Shown here: positions 45,361 to 52,037 of the stretch, one piece after another
How the letters are laid out: every line of letters begins with the position of its first letter
How positions within the stretch are numbered: position 1 is the first letter of the stretch
IMG/VR virus record: IMGVR_UViG_3300025151_000050
Span: 1 to 52,037 of that record
DNA from: a virus
Taxonomy: Duplodnaviria > Caudoviricetes
Length of the DNA: 52,037 nucleotides
Strand: one strand, 5' to 3'
Position numbers and translations under genes: made by a program
The notes under the pieces: model-generated
Seen by the model: only the letters and a program-made list of their open reading frames with translations
Databases searched by the model: none
What the model was told of the DNA's origin: nothing

Positions 45361-46833
45361 ATGGCAGATTTATTCAATTTATCGAATTTGGATGTCTCTC
45401 CTGTTTCTGGTAACGGACCTGGTGCTGGTGCTAGTTTATCGACTGGAGATATGCGTAGACGGTTTAACTTTGGTGACAGAGTTTCTGAACTATCTATCGC
45501 TCAAGACCCATTTTTTCGATTCGTAAGTAAAGTGGCTAAAAAGCCAACAGATGACCCTCAATTCAAATTTACTGAAAAGAGGCACTCATATCATAAAAGG
45601 TATGCATACCTAAAAGCAATGGGAAGTAATTTTGCAACTGCTTTAACAGGAACTGTAGGTAGTGCTAATGGTTTTGCATCTGGTGAAACTTTTTATGGTA
45701 AATTTGGAGCTGATTACTCTAACCAAGGTAATTTAGTAAATAGGTTTGGTCAAACTCCTGAATATGAAGAAGGCGATACAAATACAAAGCCAGGATTCTT
45801 TATGGAAGGTCAATTAATTAAAGTTCCTGTAGCTTCTGCTGATAATACAGGTGGAGCTTCATCTGTAATTGACTACCAAATTGTTAAAGTTACTAGTGTT
45901 GTTGATAATGGTAATTATGTTAATATTACTGGTACAGTAATTAAAGGTGTTGCTACAGGTAGATACTATATGGGTGTGCCTGTATCAATAGTTAACAATG
46001 CTGGTACAACAACTCAAAGCGAAGAAGCTTTAGCTCCTTTCAAATGTTATGTTGTAGGTACTGCTCATGCTGAAGGCTCTGGTTATCCAGAAACTTGGCA
46101 AGACCAGCCTTACTCAACAAACTATGGAAGAACTCAAATATTTAAAACTTCTCTAGCTATGACTAACACAGCGATGGCTACTCAACTAAAGCATGAATCT
46201 AGTGAGTGGGCAAGAATGTGGAAAGAAAAGCTAATAGAGCATAAGTTTGATATTGAAACTTCTTTATTGTTTGGAACTCAAAGTGATACATATTACACAA
46301 CTCAAGGTGCAGTTGACTATATTAATAGTTATGGTAATTCATTTACACTAGACACTAACACTAAGACTTCAGATGATTTCTTAGATGATATGTCAGCGTA
46401 CATGGACCCAAGATACAACTCACAAAGTGCTAATGTGTATTTTGCTAGTACAGCTGTATATAACTGGCTACATAAAATGGGTGGATACTTCAAGAATAAT
46501 CTTGAAATTTCATCTAACTTTAAGTCAGATATTGCTATGACTGGTAAAAAGAAAGTATTTGGTGTAGATATCACTTCTTTCTCAACTCCATATGGTGACC
46601 TTAATGTGGCTAGAAATATCCACCTTGATGGAACTAATGTAAAGATGCTTGGAATTGATATGAAGCACTGTGCGTATCGTCCACTAGTGGGCAACGGTAT
46701 CAACAGAGACACTTCAGTTTACGTAGGTGTGCAAACACTCGAAAACTCTGGTGTTGACCGTAGAGTTGACTTAGTCTTAACAGAAGCGGGAATGGAATGG
46801 TCAATGCCTGAAGCTCACGCTATCTGGTTATAA
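45361..46833 (+). CDS. Major capsid protein (HK97 fold) with insertion domain
   Basis: PFF...K, NY..TQIF, EHK.DIE.SLLFG, TPYG.L and TEAG.E..PEAH motifs. Size and position fit. Confidence 0.9.
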   Translation: MADLFNLSNLDVSPVSGNGPGAGASLSTGDMRRRFNFGDRVSELSIAQDPFFRFVSKVAKKPTDDPQFKFTEKRHSYHKRYAYLKAMGSNFATALTGTVGSANGFASGETFYGKFGADYSNQGNLVNRFGQTPEYEEGDTNTKPGFFMEGQLIKVPVASADNTGGASSVIDYQIVKVTSVVDNGNYVNITGTVIKGVATGRYYMGVPVSIVNNAGTTTQSEEALAPFKCYVVGTAHAEGSGYPETWQDQPYSTNYGRTQIFKTSLAMTNTAMATQLKHESSEWARMWKEKLIEHKFDIETSLLFGTQSDTYYTTQGAVDYINSYGNSFTLDTNTKTSDDFLDDMSAYMDPRYNSQSANVYFASTAVYNWLHKMGGYFKNNLEISSNFKSDIAMTGKKKVFGVDITSFSTPYGDLNVARNIHLDGTNVKMLGIDMKHCAYRPLVGNGINRDTSVYVGVQTLENSGVDRRVDLVLTEAGMEWSMPEAHAIWL

Positions 46834-46846
46834 GGAGGTTTAGATT

Positions 46847-47161
46847 ATGGGTATACCATTATATGGACAAAATAAAGATGGCGATAAGTTAAACTTATTT
46901 GCTAATGCTTTAGTGGCATCTAAAACACATGACTATGCAAGTTTAGCTGATGAAGCTGATGAAGCTACAACTGTAGACTGTCCTGGTGCTGTTTTAGGTG
47001 ATTTTGCACTAGCTTCCCTAAGCATAGACAATGAAGACATTATAATGTCTGCATCTGTTTCTGCCGCTGACACAGTGACTGTTAATGCAAAAAATATTGG
47101 TGGTGGCACTAAGGACTTAGGTTCTGCTACTATTAATGTTTTAGTTATTAAACAGTCGTAA
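46847..47161 (+). CDS. Capsid decoration-like protein
   Basis: TAAGGAGG RBS immediately after the capsid gene. PGAVLGD...A.VSAADTVTV...N.....DL pattern. Confidence 0.7.
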   Translation: MGIPLYGQNKDGDKLNLFANALVASKTHDYASLADEADEATTVDCPGAVLGDFALASLSIDNEDIIMSASVSAADTVTVNAKNIGGGTKDLGSATINVLVIKQS

Positions 47162-47172
47162 GGAGGTAGATA

Positions 47173-47589
47173 ATGGCTGACGGAAATGGAACTAAGTTAG
47201 CTGGAAGAGCTAATTATCAAGATGGCGAATATATATTTGCTATGAATGATGCTTCTGCTTCAACTCACAATCTTGAAATTGGAGATAGTGGAAAAGTATA
47301 CTTTTTAAGTAATACTGTAGCAAGAACCATCAATTTACCTGCTCCTGCAGCTGGTGTCCGATTTAAATTTATAAATACGGATACTACTGCAGATAGTAGT
47401 ATTGTTGCAACTGGAGCTATCCTTAAAGGTGGTGCAGAATGTGGTGATGCTTACTTAACTCTTGTTGGAACAACTATTGTTGTTGAAGCAGAGGGAGCTA
47501 TAGGTGATTGGCTTGAGTTAATTAGTGATGGTACTTATTGGTATGTTAGTGGTCATGGTTCACATGATGCTAGCTTCTCAGTATCTTAG
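47173..47589 (+). CDS. Capsid-associated beta protein
   Basis: TAAGGAGG RBS. DSGK...LPAPAAG.RF.F...GD..EL..DGT.WYV pattern. Confidence 0.65.
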   Translation: MADGNGTKLAGRANYQDGEYIFAMNDASASTHNLEIGDSGKVYFLSNTVARTINLPAPAAGVRFKFINTDTTADSSIVATGAILKGGAECGDAYLTLVGTTIVVEAEGAIGDWLELISDGTYWYVSGHGSHDASFSVS

Positions 47590-47606
47590 TAAATAATAAA
47601 CTAATC

Positions 47607-47634
47607 GAGTTTGCCTGTTTCGGCAGGCAGACTC
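47607..47634 (+). terminator. UUCG-capped hairpin ending the head-gene block
   Basis: GAGTTTGCCTGT-TTCG-GCAGGCAGACTC, a 12-bp stem whose G-U pairs fit the + strand. There is no clear U tract, so it may be a stabiliser or leaky terminator. Confidence 0.65.
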
Positions 47635-47651
47635 ACTTAGTAAAGGAATAA

Positions 47652-48536
47652 ATGCAAACATTTGAAGAAAGAATAGAAAGTTTAACTAAAATAGCAATAA
47701 CGTCATCGTCTACTCCTAGTCAGGCTGATGTAAGTGAATACTTACAAGATGGAGTTAAAGATTATTTAAGAAAATTAATTACTTTAGGAAATGCTAAAGC
47801 TTTAGTTCCTTTTACACAAATTTCAAATGTATCAGATGGAAATGGACTGTCTGTAGAAACAACAGCAGTTTTAAATGTATTAAGAGGCGATGGTACGATA
47901 ATGAATCCTGCTACTGAAATACCTGCAGCTTTAAAAGGTAGAGCAGCGGATACAGATAGTATATATTATCAAAGTAAATATAATCCTGTATTTTATCAAG
48001 AAGGTAAAAAAATATATGTGTTACCTACACCTACAAGTGGGAGTGTAGACAATGCAGAGATTCATCATGTTAAATTTGATGCAGATATAAATCATGCGTC
48101 AGTTAGCATTTCTAATTTTACAAAAGATAGTGAATATTTAATTGTATTATATGCAGCATCAATGTCTTGCTTATCTGCTGCAACTGATATACATAATAAT
48201 CCACCTACTCCTCCTACATATGTTACTCCAAATACAACATTATCATTTACTGATGTCGATGCTGAGTTTACAGATGAAGACCCAGAAATGATTGATAAAA
48301 GATTAGCAAAGATGGATAAGCAGATTACAGAAATAGAAAATAACATCACAAATGCTAAAAATAAATATCAAGAAGAATTAGATGAGTACAATAAAACATT
48401 AGAATTAAATGTAAATAAATATAAATGGTGGATGGAACAATACGTTAGATTAATGTCTCAATACAATAGTGGTATTATGGGTATAGCTAACCCAACGAAA
48501 TCTAGAAAATCTAAAGAAAGAAGGGAGCAAAAATAG
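47652..48536 (+). CDS. Head-tail adaptor / ring-like protein with C-terminal coiled coil
   Basis: N-terminal helices, PVFY....KIYVLPTP and LIVLYAA motifs. Position after the head genes. Confidence 0.6.
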   Translation: MQTFEERIESLTKIAITSSSTPSQADVSEYLQDGVKDYLRKLITLGNAKALVPFTQISNVSDGNGLSVETTAVLNVLRGDGTIMNPATEIPAALKGRAADTDSIYYQSKYNPVFYQEGKKIYVLPTPTSGSVDNAEIHHVKFDADINHASVSISNFTKDSEYLIVLYAASMSCLSAATDIHNNPPTPPTYVTPNTTLSFTDVDAEFTDEDPEMIDKRLAKMDKQITEIENNITNAKNKYQEELDEYNKTLELNVNKYKWWMEQYVRLMSQYNSGIMGIANPTKSRKSKERREQK

Positions 48537-49049
48537 ATGGCTGATTCAGCTACAATTAAATATACTGGTTCAGTTAATATTACTGAAACTATAGAAGCAT
48601 TAGATACTTCTCAAACTACAACTATTGTTCATAGTAAAGTAGATAAAGGATTTGGAGCAAATTTTTCTTTTAACCCAGCTTCCGTAAGTGAATTTTCATT
48701 AGTTACTGGATTAGAAACAACTACTTCATTAACAGATATAACTTTTTCAGATGCTTCAACTGGACATACTAAAGCTACATTTTATGATGGAATGACTGCT
48801 GCAAGTGAAGCTTCTGTTGATTTCTTTTTTGCTTATATTGAATCAGCTTTAAGCACAGGAACTCCTGATGCTACATTTAAATTTGGAAATCAAACTGCTT
48901 TTCAACCAATGCTAAAAGGTGTTGGAGATTTTTGTATTATACCCATGGTAAACTATAATCAAGGCACAGCTGATTTTGATGTTGAGATTCAATCTAGCGG
49001 AGCTACTACAACAGCTAAAGTAACAGTTTTAATAGCAAATAGGGATTAA
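48537..49049 (+). CDS. Virion structural protein
   Basis: T/S/A-rich beta composition, abuts the upstream stop. Confidence 0.55.
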   Translation: MADSATIKYTGSVNITETIEALDTSQTTTIVHSKVDKGFGANFSFNPASVSEFSLVTGLETTTSLTDITFSDASTGHTKATFYDGMTAASEASVDFFFAYIESALSTGTPDATFKFGNQTAFQPMLKGVGDFCIIPMVNYNQGTADFDVEIQSSGATTTAKVTVLIANRD

Positions 49050-49050
49050 T

Positions 49051-49332
49051 ATGACAGTTAAAGAATTGATGGAAAGATGTAATATGACTCAAACAGGTAA
49101 AGCTATTGCTTATATAAAAGATGGCTTAGAAGATTTAAATATAAAATTTAATACTCATACTGATACAGAAAGAATAGATATTGTTGAAGATAAAAGGTTT
49201 TATGAATTTCCTGATGATATGGTAAAGTTAATAGACATAAGAATGAAAAATTATTTAAATACTAAAGATGAATATAGAAGCATACCAAGAATGATACATC
49301 AACCAACTATAAAAGATGGAGATGATATTTAA
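49051..49332 (+). CDS. Adaptor-like protein, N-terminal half
   Basis: MTVKELM...YIKDGL.DL...RFYEFP.D resembles adaptor N-termini. Confidence 0.5.
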   Translation: MTVKELMERCNMTQTGKAIAYIKDGLEDLNIKFNTHTDTERIDIVEDKRFYEFPDDMVKLIDIRMKNYLNTKDEYRSIPRMIHQPTIKDGDDI

Positions 49333-50036
49333 TGGCTAGTATAAAAGATTATGCTTATTACATAGAAGGAAATAAAATTGCAATAGTAGAAAAAGATACT
49401 GCATTTGATAATAATATTAATTCAAAAGAATATGGTCCAGGAGTATCAAGAGCTATGTGGAAATCTCCTAAAACATCTGTAACTGATGGACTTGAAATAA
49501 AGTATGCTTATAATCCTAAATATTTTATAGTTGACAAAGCTACAGCTGTTGATACTAATATAACTAAATACAAAGCAAGTAGTGATAATTTCTTAATGCT
49601 ACAAGATGATACTTCAACTCATGAAAATTATAATACTGCTCCTCAATCATTATCTGTAGGTGATTATATAGTTTTAAAAGATGCTGATAGTTTTAATGGA
49701 TTGCATAAAATATCAGCTATTACTTCAGATACAGGTACAAATAATGTTTTAACTTTAGAAACAAAATATACAGGCACTACTACTTGGACAGCTATAAGTC
49801 CTAAATTATATTATAATATTGATGTATTAGATGATGAGTCAGATACTATAGATATTCCTTCTTATTTAAGCAAGGCTTTGGTATATTACGTGAAGGGTAG
49901 ACTGGCAGAAGATGCTGGTGAAATAGAATTAAAAGAATATATGATGAGAGAATATAAAAAACATATAGAAGTTTATGAATCTTCTCTTGTTAAAGGACTT
50001 AGAATGATGAGTCCAGGTATTCATGCAATAAGATAA
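49332..50036 (+). CDS. Adaptor-like protein, C-terminal half with inserted beta domain
   Basis: YAYYIEG, LEIKY and DIP.YL.KALVYYVK...E motifs. TAATG coupling. Confidence 0.5.
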   Translation: MASIKDYAYYIEGNKIAIVEKDTAFDNNINSKEYGPGVSRAMWKSPKTSVTDGLEIKYAYNPKYFIVDKATAVDTNITKYKASSDNFLMLQDDTSTHENYNTAPQSLSVGDYIVLKDADSFNGLHKISAITSDTGTNNVLTLETKYTGTTTWTAISPKLYYNIDVLDDESDTIDIPSYLSKALVYYVKGRLAEDAGEIELKEYMMREYKKHIEVYESSLVKGLRMMSPGIHAIR

Positions 50037-50093
50037 AATAGTACATTCACGGTCAAGCTAAGACCTTAAAGTACAACTCGAAAGGAGAATAAA

Positions 50094-50426
50094 ATGGCAA
50101 GTAAAGGATTACACAGTTATACTGTGCAAGAAGCCCAAAATGCTACAATGGGACAAGCAGGTAGTGTCTATTTAGATACTGATGGAACAACATTCACTCC
50201 AACCTCTGGAGTAGTAGTAGCAATTACAATGATATCAGATACAGATTTTGATACATTAACTGCTGAAACAGGAGCTAAATGTATTGAAGTAGGCGGTACA
50301 GGATATGAATCGGCTGGTGATACATTAGCTAATACTGATTTATTCCCAGCAGGTATGACAATTTATGGAAGATGGAGTAGCGTATCTGTAAATACTAACG
50401 GTGCATGTATATGCTATATAGGATAA
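50094..50426 (+). CDS. Small virion beta protein
   Basis: AAAGGAG RBS. VAIT...FPAG.TIYGRW.S....G..I.Y pattern. Confidence 0.65.
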   Translation: MASKGLHSYTVQEAQNATMGQAGSVYLDTDGTTFTPTSGVVVAITMISDTDFDTLTAETGAKCIEVGGTGYESAGDTLANTDLFPAGMTIYGRWSSVSVNTNGACICYIG

Positions 50427-50427
50427 T

Positions 50428-51621
50428 ATGCCTAAGTTAGGATTAGGAAACGCATCATCTTCAGGTTCTTCAATGATTACTCCAGGTGTCGTTACAGATG
50501 GTCTGGTTATGAAACATATGTATCCTGCAGGAGCAGTACAGCCATTAAGTGATGGTGCTGCATATTTTGATGGAGATGATACCTCTGGTTCTTATATAGA
50601 TTGTGCTGCATCTAATAATTTTATAACAGGAACAAATGTTACATATTCTTGTTGGGTTAACGTATCTGATGCTGACCAAGCTCGTTTAATAACTGCTCAA
50701 AAAGGCCCAGGCTCAACAAACCTTTCTTTAGGCGTAAATAATAACAATGGTGCAGAAGTTAAAGGATATATTACTTTTATAGTTTGGAATGGTTCAAGTA
50801 GTCATAATTATGTTAACTACAGCGCTGGAATAAATGATAATAATTGGCATCATATAGCTGCCACAACTACATCTTCAGCACAAAATTTATACCTTGATGG
50901 AGCTTTAGTAGCATCAGGGTCAAATACGTTTGGAAATGCAGCAAGTTCAAATAGATTTACATTAGGCTCTTTTCATAATTCGGGTGAATTTTTAGGTGGC
51001 TATATGGCTAATGTAGGAGTATGGAATAGAGTATTAACTCAAGCTGAAATAAAATCAATTATGTGGAAACAGTATGCAGATTTATCAACTAGTGAAAAAA
51101 CTAGTTTAGTATCATTTTGGAATTTAGATGCTTTAACTGAATTTGATTCTGTTGGAACTGACAATGGCCTTGTTCTTGATAATCATGATACTACAGTAGG
51201 TAGTGAACTGCTTACAGGATTTACTAATGGTTCTTCTTATCCCTTTAATATTTTTACTTCATCAGGAAGAGAGATATCAGCAGCAATAGAAACAAGTGGT
51301 AATTGGGGTGGATGTGCATCTAATGCAATTAGTGTAACTGCAGGAGAATGGTATAAATGCACTTTTGATTTAACATATATTTCTGGAACTGACAATCTCC
51401 AAGTAGTTATTGGAAATGGACCAAGTGGGGCTAGCTCAGAGCGAAGCAATGATACTTTTACAAGCACAAATGGGGCTAATACAGTTTATTTAAAAATTAC
51501 TGATACAGACAACGCAGCTTATTTGCAAATTGGAACTGGTGCAGAAACTGATGTAATTAATTTTAGCATGTCAAATATATCTCTAAAGAAAATGAATGGC
51601 AACCATGGAGAGCTTAAATAA
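50428..51621 (+). CDS. LamG/concanavalin A-like domain virion protein
   Basis: YFDG.D, TYSCWV, NDNNWHHIA, LYLDG and G.MANVGVWNRVLTQAEI. Confidence 0.9.
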   Translation: MPKLGLGNASSSGSSMITPGVVTDGLVMKHMYPAGAVQPLSDGAAYFDGDDTSGSYIDCAASNNFITGTNVTYSCWVNVSDADQARLITAQKGPGSTNLSLGVNNNNGAEVKGYITFIVWNGSSSHNYVNYSAGINDNNWHHIAATTTSSAQNLYLDGALVASGSNTFGNAASSNRFTLGSFHNSGEFLGGYMANVGVWNRVLTQAEIKSIMWKQYADLSTSEKTSLVSFWNLDALTEFDSVGTDNGLVLDNHDTTVGSELLTGFTNGSSYPFNIFTSSGREISAAIETSGNWGGCASNAISVTAGEWYKCTFDLTYISGTDNLQVVIGNGPSGASSERSNDTFTSTNGANTVYLKITDTDNAAYLQIGTGAETDVINFSMSNISLKKMNGNHGELK

Positions 51622-52037
51622 TGCCAGCTACAATACAAAAAATATTAAAACCAACTAAATACAGAGCGGTAGATACAGCTCCTAATAATTTATATTCATC
51701 TAATTTAGCAAATGATTTTGAAAATGTTAGTTTTGATAATTTTTCGTTTGTTAATGGAGTGCTTACTTTAGAAGCTACAGGAAGCGATGTAGAAAATGTT
51801 GCCATTACTAATCCTGTTGATGTTGCTGTTGGAGATGAATTTTTAGTTTCTTTTACAATATCTTCAGGTGGAGGAAGTGGAGTATATTTTAAATTAGCTC
51901 CTGATTCAAATTTAAATTCTGCAGATTTTACAACTGATGCTTTAGCTAATGGGACTCATAGCTTCACTATGTCTTCTAGTAGTTTAACAGATTCTACATC
52001 ATATTTTGGTTTCCGTTCTAATGATGCTCATAATGGA
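51621..52037 (+). CDS. 5' part of a truncated virion protein (MPATIQKILKPTKYRAVDT...)
   Basis: TAATG-coupled ATG, open to the window end, S/T/G-rich. Confidence 0.7.
   Translation, partial: MPATIQKILKPTKYRAVDTAPNNLYSSNLANDFENVSFDNFSFVNGVLTLEATGSDVENVAITNPVDVAVGDEFLVSFTISSGGGSGVYFKLAPDSNLNSADFTTDALANGTHSFTMSSSSLTDSTSYFGFRSNDAHNG

Noticed and set aside
1-52037. Stop-codon reassignment, CRISPR array, diversity-generating retroelement, integrase, or complete circular genome
   Set aside because: Long ORFs are intact in the standard code with TAA, TAG and TGA all used as stops. No repeat-spacer array, reverse transcriptase or integrase motifs were seen. The two ends do not overlap.

Overview
The whole window is AT-rich, gene-dense DNA of a tailed bacteriophage with podovirus-type architecture. 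Both ends are truncated inside virion genes and show no terminal overlap, so the genome is probably not quite complete. The + strand late block (39062-52037, continuing at 1-26835) encodes small and large terminase, portal, scaffold, major capsid, decoration and adaptor proteins, LamG proteins, lysozyme, a nozzle, a tail fibre and five ejection proteins. The - strand early/replication block (26836-38538) encodes a primase-helicase, SSB, Sak4-like ATPase, resolvase, DUF932 protein and many small ORFs. AGGAG ribosome-binding sites, a T4-type lysozyme and an RNAP alpha-CTD point to a bacterial host. I see no integrase, DNA polymerase, tRNA or CRISPR array. The best candidate for an undescribed system is the ejected transcription machine. 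A 3444-aa ejection protein carries membrane-type segments, a zincin protease and a single-chain double-psi beta-barrel RNA polymerase (RSP...GDFDGD). Its only cysteine is the last residue, and the next ejection protein's only cysteine is residue 5, which suggests a disulfide tether. Other highlights are a circularly permuted Sak4 ATPase, a histone-fold ORF, two protamine-like peptides, a spore photoproduct lyase behind a possible RNA switch, a GAMT/Rmt2-like methyltransferase in the tail module, an alpha-CTD fusion, and a series of strand-specific RNA hairpins in the early region. All family calls are by-eye motif recognition, not database searches.
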